In this document: piece by piece, positions 1 to 9,647 of the stretch
How positions within the stretch are numbered: the stretch's first letter is position 1
Layout of the letters: each line of letters opens with the position of its first letter
IMG/VR virus record: IMGVR_UViG_3300017708_002392
Coordinates: 5,943 to 69,942 of that record
Length of the DNA: 64,000 nt
Strand: one strand, 5' to 3'
From: a virus
The notes under the pieces: generated by a model
Told to the model about the DNA's origin: nothing
What the model saw: only the letters and a program-made list of their open reading frames with translations
Databases searched by the model: none
Program-made: the position numbers and the translations under genes

Positions 1-346
1 ATTGTTTGATGTATGTGTCCACAGTACCCTGTTTGGCCCATGAGTCAACTCTTATTTTTGATGTGCAAAGCCAATCAATAAACGCACCTATCTCGATAGG
101 AGTGTTTGCTGTGATAAACTCTGCTGTCTTTATAAATGCCCTGTAATACTGTGATTGTGCAAAGTCTGTAAATGTTTTTGGTTTTTGATTGTTGTAATTG
201 ATTTCATAAAATCTACGAAATATTTCAAATGCCAACACATGGACTTTGTTGTCTTTTTGTGCCCATCTGCGTTTTGGCTCGCACATATGCACATCCATAG
301 TGGACTGTCGTGAGAAATGTTTGTTACAATATTCGCAAGTTGGCAT
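1..346 (-). CDS. Zn-finger-containing conserved phage protein (truncated by window edge; not in ORF track)
   Basis: Read by hand from ATG at 346: MPTCEYCNKHFSRQSTMDVHMCEPKRRWAQKD..., open to position 1; CxxC-x12-HxC motif; starts 3 nt after the stop of ORF 350..547. Confidence 0.75.
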   Translation of the reverse strand, partial: MPTCEYCNKHFSRQSTMDVHMCEPKRRWAQKDNKVHVLAFEIFRRFYEINYNNQKPKTFTDFAQSQYYRAFIKTAEFITANTPIEIGAFIDWLCTSKIRVDSWAKQGTVDTYIKQ

Positions 347-349
347 AAC

Positions 350-547
350 TTATTTTAACATCTTGTGTATGTTCTTGTAAAATGAATAGTCTCCTAATAT
401 AAACAAAATTTGATGTAAAAATAATGACGGTGATGTTCCTGTAAACAAAACCATAAATCCTATTAAAAAAAGTTGTTGTTGTAGAATGTACATGATGTAT
501 AAACCTACTGCTTTGCGAGGCACAGCATAGTTTAACCAATCAGTCAC
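350..547 (-). CDS. small membrane protein, hypothetical
   Basis: 65 aa with hydrophobic segments; start overlaps thyX stop and stop abuts the next gene. Confidence 0.6.
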   Translation of the reverse strand: MTDWLNYAVPRKAVGLYIMYILQQQLFLIGFMVLFTGTSPSLFLHQILFILGDYSFYKNIHKMLK

Positions 548-1229
548 TTATCAAATCCTCAGCCATTGGAAATATTTTTGCAATCACTTCAGCACAAGCA
601 TGAGCAATATCCATGTGTTCTTTTTGTGTGCCATGCCCTCCACGTAATTCTATGTAGTGTATCCAACTTCTCAGTGTGCCATTCATATACAATCTTGTTT
701 TGGTTAATCCTTCTGGCAACACTGCTCTGGCTTGTTCTTTTGCTATGCCTTTTTCTAGTGCCTCATTGTAAATGTTTTTTGCAACTTCTATGACATGTTT
801 TTGTTTTGCATCCCACCACAACTGCAAATCCATATCAGCACTTGCAATACTATTCTGTCTGTTCGTTGGATCTTGCATTCGTGCTTCTCTCACTTCAAAC
901 GTATCGTCCATGTCTTGTGGGTTTGCATATCTTTGTGAAAACTCTTGAAAGGAAAATGATCTGTGTCGCACAATTTGATGTGCTATGTCTCTTGTGGTGT
1001 TGATTTCCAAACATGCAGACACCATTTCTAATGGTGACCAGTGTTGATGTTTAATCAAATACCTAATCAGTTTTTCAGAAGTGTCACTGTTCATTTGGTT
1101 TGCAGGATTACTGACTCTGGCACAATAGGCAATCAGTTCCTGACAGTCCATGGGCATTTTGTTCAAACTATTTAGGCCTAAAAATGTTTGATCACCTACC
1201 TGCGAGTATGATATTAATTTTGCAATCAA
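540..1229 (-). CDS. thyX: flavin-dependent thymidylate synthase ThyX
   Basis: ThyX signature RHRSFSFQEFSQRY, plus HWSPLE and KEQARAVLP...NGTLRSWIHYIELR. Confidence 0.97.
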   Translation of the reverse strand: MIAKLISYSQVGDQTFLGLNSLNKMPMDCQELIAYCARVSNPANQMNSDTSEKLIRYLIKHQHWSPLEMVSACLEINTTRDIAHQIVRHRSFSFQEFSQRYANPQDMDDTFEVREARMQDPTNRQNSIASADMDLQLWWDAKQKHVIEVAKNIYNEALEKGIAKEQARAVLPEGLTKTRLYMNGTLRSWIHYIELRGGHGTQKEHMDIAHACAEVIAKIFPMAEDLISD

Positions 1230-1480
1230 TGTTTACTCCCCGAGTGCATGGGTTGAACTAGGTCAGTCATTTCATACAATGTGGCACAAAAGGATTTGTA
1301 ATCTTCATCGGACATTTCTGTTTTGTAAATTCTTAATGCAGAATTGAGCATATTGGCCGCAATGATCATAGAGTCATATTTTTTGATCCAATCTAATGTA
1401 GCAGACCAAACAATTTCGTTTGCTTCTATAACATCTTTTTCTGTTTCTGGCTCAAGATCAAATTCAAATTGATTACTCAT
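1226..1480 (-). CDS. hypothetical protein
   Basis: 84 aa; overlaps both neighbours in an operon-like arrangement. Confidence 0.7.
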   Translation of the reverse strand: MSNQFEFDLEPETEKDVIEANEIVWSATLDWIKKYDSMIIAANMLNSALRIYKTEMSDEDYKSFCATLYEMTDLVQPMHSGSKH

Positions 1481-1763
1481 GTTCGCCGCCAGGTGCTCGT
1501 GTCAATATACCGTCTATCCTTTGTCTGCGTACTTGTTTGAAATAAATTGCTGTCAGTACAGTCATTGTTATGAACAATGCATGTGCGATTGCAGATATAC
1601 CAAATGCATATATGCTTTCGATAATGTATATCCCAAATACAGCAGACCACATCCATGCTAGTATTTGCATAGACATAAATTTAACTTGAAACGGAAGATC
1701 TTTCAGTGCATTTACCTTGTCGTCCATAATAGCATCATAAGATTCTTTAATATCTTTTTTCAT
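1473..1763 (-). CDS. hypothetical membrane protein
   Basis: 96 aa, two hydrophobic segments; AAGGAG SD and sigma70-like promoter upstream. Confidence 0.75.
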   Translation of the reverse strand: MKKDIKESYDAIMDDKVNALKDLPFQVKFMSMQILAWMWSAVFGIYIIESIYAFGISAIAHALFITMTVLTAIYFKQVRRQRIDGILTRAPGGEHE

Positions 1764-1786
1764 GTTACTCTCCTTGTTAAAATTAT

Positions 1787-1814
1787 ATTATACAACAAAT
1801 ACCACAGTTGTCAA
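1787..1814 (-). promoter_or_regulatory. sigma70-type promoter
   Basis: TTGACA-16nt-TATAAT on the minus strand upstream of ORF 1473..1763. Confidence 0.7.
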
Positions 1815-2131
1815 TCGCCTGGCTCGAATAAATCTGTCTTGTCTGGTATTTTACTTGCTTCTTCATATCCCTCCATTGGTTCTTTTTCTTCGGTAATTTG
1901 TGTCCATTTGTCAGCATACTCTTTGTTAATATTTGTCCAGTGTATGATACTGTCTGAATCAGGTTTGATTGCATCCTCAGGACATTCAGGCTCACATACA
2001 CCACAGTCTATGCATTCATCTGGGTGGATGACCAGCATGTTTGGTCCTTCATAGAAACAATCTACAGGACACACAGACACACAGGTTGTGTGTTTGCACA
2101 TGATACATTTGTCATCCACCACATAAGTCAT
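1811..2131 (-). CDS. fdxA: 7Fe (3Fe-4S/4Fe-4S) ferredoxin, FdxA type
   Basis: [45 protein letters not shown], the FdI/FdxA pattern. Confidence 0.93.
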   Translation of the reverse strand: MTYVVDDKCIMCKHTTCVSVCPVDCFYEGPNMLVIHPDECIDCGVCEPECPEDAIKPDSDSIIHWTNINKEYADKWTQITEEKEPMEGYEEASKIPDKTDLFEPGD

Positions 2132-2138
2132 ATTGTAT

Positions 2139-2321
2139 TTAGATTTTCTTACGCAGGTGATCTACGTCTGTAGACACACTTCTAAGATCATCTTGCATCT
2201 GTGAAAAACGCATTCTCAACATTCTTATATTTTCTCTTATTCTGCCTAGAAGATATACAAGATACAATAGCATACAAAATGATATTGCAAGTACAATCAA
2301 TTCTATTATGTGTGGTGCCAT
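2139..2321 (-). CDS. small membrane-anchored coiled-coil protein
   Basis: N-terminal TM helix; GGAGG SD; TTGACA-16-TATAAT at 2353-2380. Confidence 0.7.
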   Translation of the reverse strand: MAPHIIELIVLAISFCMLLYLVYLLGRIRENIRMLRMRFSQMQDDLRSVSTDVDHLRKKI

Positions 2322-2376
2322 ACTAACCTCCTATGGATAATTGGTTACTACTATTATACACTGGTTATTTGTGTTG

Positions 2377-2823
2377 TCAAGTAATGCCGTGTTCTTTTTT
2401 GAGTGCTGTGAAATCTTTGGTGCTCATGGTTGCATCTAAAACATCTAGATCTGCCTGTTTGGCATTAGGATAAAGATCCTGTAATTCTTTCATTTTGGAT
2501 TTGGTTGATCCTGTTTTCTTTTTGGGATATATCCATTTGTGAAACAACACAAAAGTTGATCCACACATGGCACTCAGTTTCCATAACAATCCTTTATGAT
2601 TTTTAGAAAGAGTCCATAGATGTTTATTGATATTCGAATTGGCTTCTTCGATATAAAACTCTTGCACAGCACGATCTTTGTGTTCAACTGACGCAGTCCA
2701 TTTCAGTGTCATGTATGGTGAATATAATTTTTTATCTTCTTCTGACAAATTCTGAAACCAGTTTTTATCTCTGGTATCAACTGCTCTCATCATTTGTTTT
2801 ATATCTAAAAACTTACCAGCCAT
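2377..2823 (-). CDS. conserved T4-like phage protein, possibly clamp-loader small subunit (gp62-like)
   Basis: 148 aa helical protein with YSPYM..W and HKWIYPKKK segments recalling gp62; weak similarity from memory. Confidence 0.45.
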   Translation of the reverse strand: MAGKFLDIKQMMRAVDTRDKNWFQNLSEEDKKLYSPYMTLKWTASVEHKDRAVQEFYIEEANSNINKHLWTLSKNHKGLLWKLSAMCGSTFVLFHKWIYPKKKTGSTKSKMKELQDLYPNAKQADLDVLDATMSTKDFTALKKEHGIT

Positions 2824-2844
2824 ACACTATTGTAACATAATTAC

Positions 2845-3780
2845 TTGCCTATGCCAATCATTTCTCATCATCCACAACATTATACCACATGGAATTTGGT
2901 ATCGCAAGTATATAATGAATTTGTATCCGACAAAGTAACAGTGATTGATACTATGTGGAGAGAGAACAAAGAAATGGAAAAATTGGTAAGTCAGGCGTTG
3001 GATAATAATCACAAAGTTGTTGTTATGAATTGGTTAGACGAGTTACGTGGCGAGTTTAGAAACGACATATATCAACATAACGATATACTAGTCCTGCACT
3101 ATCTTTGGCCGCTGTTAAAAACTTGTGAACAATATTTTCAACCAGTAGAATGGGATCAAGTGCAACCAAATAATTTTGATTATAATTTTATGTGTTACGG
3201 ATTCAAAGAAAAACCATGGAGGAAAAAATTGTACCGTGCGTTGCAAGACACAAAAGTTAAAGGATTGTTATCTTATGGAACAGAAAAAAATTTTACAGAG
3301 AAAATAGAATACACTTGGGGTAATAGCAATATGGAACCAAGCAATGATGATCCTAATTTTCCAAAGACAGTTGATATCTACTCATTGGGCGACATGACAT
3401 TGTGGCGTTCACATTTTTTGAATATTGTATCTGAAAGCCAAGTTGGAGTATATGAACCAGTATGGATCACAGAGAAAACATTCAAACCAATTATAGGAGG
3501 TAGGCCGTTTATTGTGTATGGACACCCAGACACAGCCAAGCATCTACAAGAAATAGGATTTGAAATTTTTGACGAGGACTTTGGTCATACTCCAGACCCT
3601 TGGTACAAATATCATGCATATCATATTGCAGATATAGTGAAAGAGGTATCTACAACCGATGTAAAAAGTTGGTATGAAAAACTGTTGCCCAAAATAGAAC
3701 ACAACTTTCACAACTGGACTACATATGCACAACATGAACACAATAAAATGATATCGCGTGTGCAGGAATTTCTATGTTAG
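2845..3780 (+). CDS. glycosyltransferase-like protein (GT10/GT-B-like C-terminus)
   Basis: FLNIVSES...WITEKTFKPIIGGRPFIVYG resembles the GT10 fucosyltransferase ITEK motif; paralog of the next gene. Confidence 0.6.
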   Translation: MPMPIISHHPQHYTTWNLVSQVYNEFVSDKVTVIDTMWRENKEMEKLVSQALDNNHKVVVMNWLDELRGEFRNDIYQHNDILVLHYLWPLLKTCEQYFQPVEWDQVQPNNFDYNFMCYGFKEKPWRKKLYRALQDTKVKGLLSYGTEKNFTEKIEYTWGNSNMEPSNDDPNFPKTVDIYSLGDMTLWRSHFLNIVSESQVGVYEPVWITEKTFKPIIGGRPFIVYGHPDTAKHLQEIGFEIFDEDFGHTPDPWYKYHAYHIADIVKEVSTTDVKSWYEKLLPKIEHNFHNWTTYAQHEHNKMISRVQEFLC

Positions 3781-4757
3781 CAATATCCAAATATCCTACT
3801 CATTGGGCATCTTATCCTATGGTAAGACAGGTGTATGATGACATAGTAGATGATAAGACGTTGTTGGTGGATACCACCTGGACACAAAATCCTGCAGAAG
3901 TGCAAGACAATATTGAACGTTGGTTGAACAATGATCATCACAAAGTAGTCATTATGAATTGGTGGGATGATTTCGGCGGATATGCCGATTACGTTTCAAA
4001 ATATAAAAACAATGATCGTGTGTTGGTGTCAGACTATAAAGCAAGTTGGTTGAATATTTGTGATAATAAATTTGTACAGTACACATGGGAGGATGTGCAA
4101 CCTAAATCCTTTGAACATTTGTTTTTGTGTTATCAAGGAAAATGGCGACACAATCGAGATGCTATGTACACAATGTTGACTGAATGGAACAGTGAACGTG
4201 CAAAGACAGGAATTGTAACACTTCAAGGAAAACATTCATTGCAAGATAATATTCCGCCACATGAAGGCGATGCAAGTATAGATAACAATCCTGATGTGCA
4301 AGATAAAAATTATTATCCAAACGACATCTATTCTTTGGGCAACATCGATATATGGAACAATCATTTTTTAAATATTGTGACTGAAACTTTAGATGAACCA
4401 AGTGGACTGACTTGGATCACAGAAAAAACTTTGAAACCAATAATTGGTTCTAGACCTTTTGTATTGTATGGTGATGAAAACGTATATGACTTACTTGAAT
4501 CATTTGGCTTAGAACACTTTCAAAAAGAATTAAACTTTCCTGCTGTGGAAATTTTAGATCCAGCATTTCCATCTTATCATTGGCAAAAAATGGCAATTAG
4601 AAAAGGACTCAAACAGTTGCTACAAGTTGATCTACAAAATCTATATCAACAGTGTTTGCCTAAATTAGAACACAATTTTTATGCATGGCGTAAAGTTGCA
4701 CAGAGTCAATATTCTTCCATGATAGAAACTGTTTCAGAATTTAAAAGTCGTTCATAG
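3774..4757 (+). CDS. glycosyltransferase-like protein (GT10/GT-B-like), tandem paralog
   Basis: FLNIVTET...WITEKTLKPIIGSRPFVLYG; shares DIYSLG, HKVV.MNW.D and LPK.EHNF..W with 2845..3780. Confidence 0.6.
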   Translation: MLAISKYPTHWASYPMVRQVYDDIVDDKTLLVDTTWTQNPAEVQDNIERWLNNDHHKVVIMNWWDDFGGYADYVSKYKNNDRVLVSDYKASWLNICDNKFVQYTWEDVQPKSFEHLFLCYQGKWRHNRDAMYTMLTEWNSERAKTGIVTLQGKHSLQDNIPPHEGDASIDNNPDVQDKNYYPNDIYSLGNIDIWNNHFLNIVTETLDEPSGLTWITEKTLKPIIGSRPFVLYGDENVYDLLESFGLEHFQKELNFPAVEILDPAFPSYHWQKMAIRKGLKQLLQVDLQNLYQQCLPKLEHNFYAWRKVAQSQYSSMIETVSEFKSRS

Positions 4758-5317
4758 ATTTCATAATCTTTCTCATATTTGTTTCTGCACCATCCAGACA
4801 TCCATAACGGTTCACGTGTGTAAGCAGTGTCTCCTTGCCATAACGCAACTACAGGTGGAGGGTAATCTGCAGACACATTTAGTCTGGGAAGATTATCAAA
4901 TACAATTCCTGTCGCTTCAAACATCATTGATTCAATTGCTTCATAGGGATACACAATTAATTTTTCCTTCTCTGGCACTATATCTACAACTGTATCATAT
5001 TGCGATAGAGCATGATCCAACTCAAACATTGATTGTGGATTGTTAGACCAGTAATTCATTTTATCTTCGATTGCCGCATGTACCCTGCTCAAATTATTAT
5101 CATATACTCCGCACAGTTCACGTTGCAGAACACTTATCAATCTTTCATATGGATTTCTCCAAACTGTATAGTATGTAAAATTTCCTTTTGGATATCTATC
5201 CTTAGAGATTGTGAATCCATTTTTTTGCAACACAAATTCTAACATTGATGATGCGTTTCGCATGATAGGAATTACAGCAGTTTTTGTTTGATTGTTAATT
5301 AGATATGATTGAGTCAT
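4706..5317 (-). CDS. carbohydrate sulfotransferase-like (Sulfotransfer_2) protein
   Basis: IPIMRNASSMLE (5'-PSB-like) and VWRNPYERLIS (3'-PB-like) motifs; C-terminal KYEKDYEIY. Confidence 0.65.
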   Translation of the reverse strand: MTQSYLINNQTKTAVIPIMRNASSMLEFVLQKNGFTISKDRYPKGNFTYYTVWRNPYERLISVLQRELCGVYDNNLSRVHAAIEDKMNYWSNNPQSMFELDHALSQYDTVVDIVPEKEKLIVYPYEAIESMMFEATGIVFDNLPRLNVSADYPPPVVALWQGDTAYTREPLWMSGWCRNKYEKDYEIYERLLNSETVSIMEEY

Positions 5318-6125
5318 CTTTTACAAACTGATCAAGATTTTTTAGTTTTGCAACCAAATCATGAAAGTCTCCTAGATGTAATGCATTTGGACCATCTGAA
5401 GGTGCATTGTTTGGATCGTCATGTACTTCTAAAAATACTCCTGCGATAGATTGAGCCACAGCACTCATACATAGAGGCTCAACCATAGTTCTGTCACCAC
5501 CTGATGATTGTCCTTGTCCACCAGGATGTTGAACAGAATGAGTAGCATCAAATATGATTGGAGTATCATTCCTTTTATGGTGTTCAAATCCACGCATGTC
5601 CACAATCAAGTTTCCATATCCAAAAGAAGTGCCTCTCTCAATAATCACACTTTGGTTGTTGCCTGCTTCAGCAACTTTCCTACAAATATTATTTGTGTCT
5701 GTGTAAGAAAGAAATTGTCCTTTTTTAATTGTGACAATTTTGCCTGTGTTTGCGGCCGCAACAATTAAATCTGTTTGTCTACACAAGAAGGCAGGAATTT
5801 GTAACACATCTACAACTTCAGCAACAGGTTGTGCTTGATCCGGCAAATGGATATCTGTTGTAACTGAGACATCTAATTCTTTTTTTATTGTTTGTAATAT
5901 TCTCAATCCTTCATCCATGCCTATTCCACGTTTTCCACTCATCGATGATCTGTTGGCTTTGTCGAAGCTTGCTTTGAACAGTAATGGCACAGACAGTTTG
6001 TCGCAGGCCTCTTTTACATGTTCAGCAATCATGATAGCATGATCACGTGATTCAATTTGGCACGGACCTGATATAATCATCAGTGGTGTGTCGTTGTAAA
6101 AATTGTCGTAACTAATTGCGGCCAT
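5295..6125 (-). CDS. kdsA: KDO 8-phosphate synthase
   Basis: GPCQIES, KASFDKANRSS, QIPAFLCRQTDL, KKGQF, ERGTSFGY, DATHSVQ.PG and APSDG motifs. Confidence 0.97.
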   Translation of the reverse strand: MAAISYDNFYNDTPLMIISGPCQIESRDHAIMIAEHVKEACDKLSVPLLFKASFDKANRSSMSGKRGIGMDEGLRILQTIKKELDVSVTTDIHLPDQAQPVAEVVDVLQIPAFLCRQTDLIVAAANTGKIVTIKKGQFLSYTDTNNICRKVAEAGNNQSVIIERGTSFGYGNLIVDMRGFEHHKRNDTPIIFDATHSVQHPGGQGQSSGGDRTMVEPLCMSAVAQSIAGVFLEVHDDPNNAPSDGPNALHLGDFHDLVAKLKNLDQFVKDDSIISN

Positions 6126-6630
6126 TCCAAAATAATTTGTTCAAATGTACAGAGTCATTGTTTCTGTTGATGTCTTTGATAAAGTAAGCACACTGTGGTT
6201 CTGGTTCTAAGTCTAATGGCACAGCAATCATTTGATTGTTTCTAACTCTAGGAAAGAACCATTCTACTTCATTGTAAATGTTTGTGATTTGCACATCATG
6301 ATACTTTGGTAATAGTCCGTTGATTGGGTTGAAACAAAATGCTTGAAAGGATCGGTCGTTCAATGATGTCAGTGGCACAATTTCTAGTTCGCCCACTTCA
6401 GAGTCACCTAACAGTATGTGCCAATCCAACGGCATCTGTATAAGACTGTTTGCAATTTTCAATGTGACTGATGGTGACGAAAATGATTCTAAATAAATCA
6501 AAGGCATAAAGAAAAAATCTGGTTCGTTGGGATCTGAATTGTCTAACACAGAAAATCTTAAATCTTCATCCACTTGATCCGGAATCTTATTCAGTACAAA
6601 GCATTCATTGTCTACTGTTAGTATTTGCAT
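6112..6630 (-). CDS. conserved hypothetical phage protein downstream of uvsW
   Basis: 172 aa ORF with its own TTGACT-18-TATAAT promoter (6639-6668). Confidence 0.75.
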   Translation of the reverse strand: MQILTVDNECFVLNKIPDQVDEDLRFSVLDNSDPNEPDFFFMPLIYLESFSSPSVTLKIANSLIQMPLDWHILLGDSEVGELEIVPLTSLNDRSFQAFCFNPINGLLPKYHDVQITNIYNEVEWFFPRVRNNQMIAVPLDLEPEPQCAYFIKDINRNNDSVHLNKLFWNGRN

Positions 6631-6648
6631 ATATTACTATTATATGCT

Positions 6649-8106
6649 TTATGGTTGTTGGTAGTCAACCTTTGTGATATTAAATGGATATTGTGCTTCG
6701 CGATAGAACTTTTTGCGTTCAGTCAAATGTCTTTTAGAAAATTTTGCAGTGGAACAAATATCCCACACTTGCACAAAGTCTTTGTCTTTGGCTTTACGTA
6801 TGCCCCTACCTATTGACTGTATCACTCTCACAAAAGATTTACCTGGTTCCAGCAACACAAGATTGAATATGCGTGGCAAATTAATGCCTACTGCCGCCAC
6901 ACCATAAGTGGCAATTATGACTTTGCCTTCACTTTCTTTGACTTCGTCATATGTTTCTTTTCTGTCATCTGCCTTGGTTGCACCGCTGACAAATGTTGAA
7001 TCTGGCACTGCTTGTTGCAACAGTTCACCTGTTTTGATTCTGTCTATGAGAACCAGTGTGTTACCACTCTTGGCCATTTGCTCTACCAGTTTTCCTATGT
7101 AATCGATTCTGTGTTGTTTAGTCACAAGATGTGTTTGTTCTTCTCTGTAATTCTTGTATTCTACAAAGTCCACCATTTGCATGATTTCTATATTGAGATT
7201 TGCTAGTAGACCTTTGTCTTGTAATTCTTTGGCACTGACCTTGTTGATCACATCACCCAGTGACACATGCAGTGATTTGAATTCATAATCTTTCTTTGGT
7301 ATAGTTCCTGTCAATCCCCAACGTATGGGCACAAATCCAAAGACGTTGCTCAACAGTCTTCTCAGCACATCTGCTTTGGCCATATGAACCTCATCCACTA
7401 TGACACATACTAGATCACGTTTGAATTCTTCTATCAGATTGTCTTCTGCATTCTGTCTTTTCTTTTCTAGGATGTTCAATGACTGCCATGTTGCAATAGT
7501 GTGTGTATGTCCAATTTGTTTTCTGTCACCAAAGTATACACCTACATCTAATCCCATGTTGATATAATCTTCTTCGGTTTGTGTAACCAAAGATTTGTTT
7601 GGCACAATCACAATACTTCTACCATATGGTTCAATCAGTTTACTCAGTGCCGCCGTGATAATTGTTTTACCAGCCGCAGTTGCCACTTCCTGTAAACATT
7701 GTGGATTGTTTACAAAGTTATTGATTACTTCCACTTGATGATCACGCAGTTGAATTGATTCGCCTGCGTTGTTGTGTCCTGCTGGCCACTTGACATGTTC
7801 GAAAGTGTTTGTGTTTACTGGTTCAAACTTTAAATCATAATGTTCTCTTTCATCTTGCAAATCAAATGTGTAATTCATTTGTTCTAGTATGGGCATGATC
7901 TCATCTAACAAATTTACATATGTGAGACCACCTTGTGAAAAGAATGACACAGTGCCATCCCATCTGCCCAGTCTGACAGCAGGCATATACCTTGCTCCTG
8001 GGATTTCATATTTGAATGTGTTGGTAAGTTTACGTCTAGTGACTAGATCTAGTCCCTCTAGTTTTACATTTACTTCATCTTTTATGACTATATTACAGTG
8101 CGGCAT
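6649..8106 (-). CDS. uvsW: SF2 DNA helicase UvsW
   Basis: LRDHQ, ATAAGKT (Walker A variant), DEVH, GLTGT, QSIGRGIR, and the WDG N-terminal motif of UvsW. Confidence 0.93.
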   Translation of the reverse strand: MPHCNIVIKDEVNVKLEGLDLVTRRKLTNTFKYEIPGARYMPAVRLGRWDGTVSFFSQGGLTYVNLLDEIMPILEQMNYTFDLQDEREHYDLKFEPVNTNTFEHVKWPAGHNNAGESIQLRDHQVEVINNFVNNPQCLQEVATAAGKTIITAALSKLIEPYGRSIVIVPNKSLVTQTEEDYINMGLDVGVYFGDRKQIGHTHTIATWQSLNILEKKRQNAEDNLIEEFKRDLVCVIVDEVHMAKADVLRRLLSNVFGFVPIRWGLTGTIPKKDYEFKSLHVSLGDVINKVSAKELQDKGLLANLNIEIMQMVDFVEYKNYREEQTHLVTKQHRIDYIGKLVEQMAKSGNTLVLIDRIKTGELLQQAVPDSTFVSGATKADDRKETYDEVKESEGKVIIATYGVAAVGINLPRIFNLVLLEPGKSFVRVIQSIGRGIRKAKDKDFVQVWDICSTAKFSKRHLTERKKFYREAQYPFNITKVDYQQP

Positions 8107-8112
8107 CCGTTT

Positions 8113-8141
8113 ATTATAATTGGAAACCTGTGATCAGTCAA
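8113..8141 (-). promoter_or_regulatory. sigma70-type promoter of uvsW (probably leaderless)
   Basis: TTGACT-17-TATAAT, only 6 nt before the ATG at 8106; no SD. Confidence 0.7.
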
Positions 8142-8290
8142 CGATAGTTGCTTAAATGTTTTCGTACCAGTGACTCTCGAACATTGGTCCAAAACCGTGT
8201 CTGCCATTCGGTCTTTGCGGTCAGGACCATCTGTTCTGCATTTGATATCCGTAGATCGGATAATCTAAACTGCGATAGCAATTTCTTCAT
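8138..8290 (-). CDS. small hypothetical protein (50 aa; below the ORF track cut-off)
   Basis: MKKLLSQFRLSDLRISNAEQMVLTAKTEWQTRFWTNVRESLVRKHLSNYR*; fills the gap between 8265..8600 and uvsW. Confidence 0.55.
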   Translation of the reverse strand: MKKLLSQFRLSDLRISNAEQMVLTAKTEWQTRFWTNVRESLVRKHLSNYR

Positions 8291-8600
8291 TCACTTGCTC
8301 TTGAGCAACTACGTCTGCTTGTGCTTGTACATCAGCAGTGATTTGGTTAGTAGTCTTTGTTGCAATACCTGTGAATCTTGTAACAGTGCCGTCTACTAAT
8401 ACTTTGAATGAACCAGCAGTTTTCCAAGTGACTGAAGCATCTTCTTCTGTGTGCATTTTCTTTACTACACCGTTGATTGTTCCTTCAGCAGTTGTTTTTC
8501 CTGTGATAAATTTGAATGTGCCTGAACGTCCTGCATATGTGGTTCCTTCAGTACATATAGTTTCTTGTATTTTATCTAATACTAATTGTGCGTTTGTCAT
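8265..8600 (-). CDS. hypothetical protein
   Basis: 111 aa; TTGACG-17-TATAAT promoter at 8637-8665 and AAGGT SD-like site. Confidence 0.8.
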   Translation of the reverse strand: MTNAQLVLDKIQETICTEGTTYAGRSGTFKFITGKTTAEGTINGVVKKMHTEEDASVTWKTAGSFKVLVDGTVTRFTGIATKTTNQITADVQAQADVVAQEQVNEEIAIAV

Positions 8601-8684
8601 TTGTTGTTACCTTTATAGTTGGTTATTAATAATACTATTATATGGTATTTTTCCAAATGCGTCAACCAGTTGTAAGTGCTTGAT

Positions 8685-9260
8685 CTAGTTGAGGAAATCC
8701 ATACCCACATACAGAGATAATCTTGTGTGAGCAGATGAATTAGGTTTTACTCCGTGTAATTGAGACTTATTATTTTGCATCAAATACCCTGTGTTAAAGT
8801 TGTAGTCAAAATTATAACGTTCAGATCGGTCCATGTGGTAAAATGTTGTGCCGGATTGTCCTTCATTTTTTCCTAGATATATTTGCAAAGCAACATCTGG
8901 TCTGGGATTTTCATCACCATCAATATGTTCTTTCATTGCAAATCCAGGTTCGTCATACCATATACGTGGAACATGTAATAATGTATCTCGTTCAAAAAAC
9001 TTAGTAAAGTATGTTTCAATATATTCCCCATTTAGATATTCTGCCATTTTGTAAAACGAATGTGAAGAAGGACAAGTGTTTGCATCAATTACTCCACGTG
9101 GAAAATTTTCTTGTTGTCCTTGCACCTGCCAATTGATATTATCAATTGATAGATCAAGCAATAATTCTTGTGTGAACATTTCTTCGACTAAGAATAAATC
9201 TTCAGCTGAATCAACGGCTGTAATTTTCATTTTATTTTTTTGATTTGGTGGTTTTTCCAA
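8685..9260 (-). CDS. 2OG-Fe(II) oxygenase
   Basis: HID (HxD)...LQIYL...GTTF...LHGV...RLSL, the 2OG-Fe(II) DSBH pattern. Confidence 0.8.
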   Translation of the reverse strand: MEKPPNQKNKMKITAVDSAEDLFLVEEMFTQELLLDLSIDNINWQVQGQQENFPRGVIDANTCPSSHSFYKMAEYLNGEYIETYFTKFFERDTLLHVPRIWYDEPGFAMKEHIDGDENPRPDVALQIYLGKNEGQSGTTFYHMDRSERYNFDYNFNTGYLMQNNKSQLHGVKPNSSAHTRLSLYVGMDFLN

Positions 9261-9594
9261 TATTTGTTTTGAGAAAGTCTAAAAACCACGGATTGTCTTT
9301 GAACACTCCGATCAACCAATTGGAAAGAGAGTTGGTTGTTTGTTCTTCTGCATCTTCATCTTTGAGCGGACCACCTGGTTGATTTAATGATGAATGATAC
9401 ACAATAGCATGTATAACTTCGTGCAATAATGTGTTAGCAAGATCATCACCTGCAATTTCTTCCTGCAATTCTATCTTGTTTTCTCTATTCAAATATTGGC
9501 CGTAACAATCTGTGTTGTCTTTTTTGAATGAGGCTTTTACATAGTCTATATTGATGTCTTTCCAGCCTACTTTAATGTTTGTTGGTTTGCTCAT
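9232..9594 (-). CDS. small HEXXH zincin-like metallopeptidase
   Basis: TLLHEVIHA plus downstream EE, ImmA/IrrE-like mini-zincin. Confidence 0.75.
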   Translation of the reverse strand: MSKPTNIKVGWKDINIDYVKASFKKDNTDCYGQYLNRENKIELQEEIAGDDLANTLLHEVIHAIVYHSSLNQPGGPLKDEDAEEQTTNSLSNWLIGVFKDNPWFLDFLKTNIGKTTKSKK

Positions 9595-9647
9595 ATTATA
9601 TGTGTATTTAATTAATTGTAACTTATTGCACTGACATTGTCAAGACA

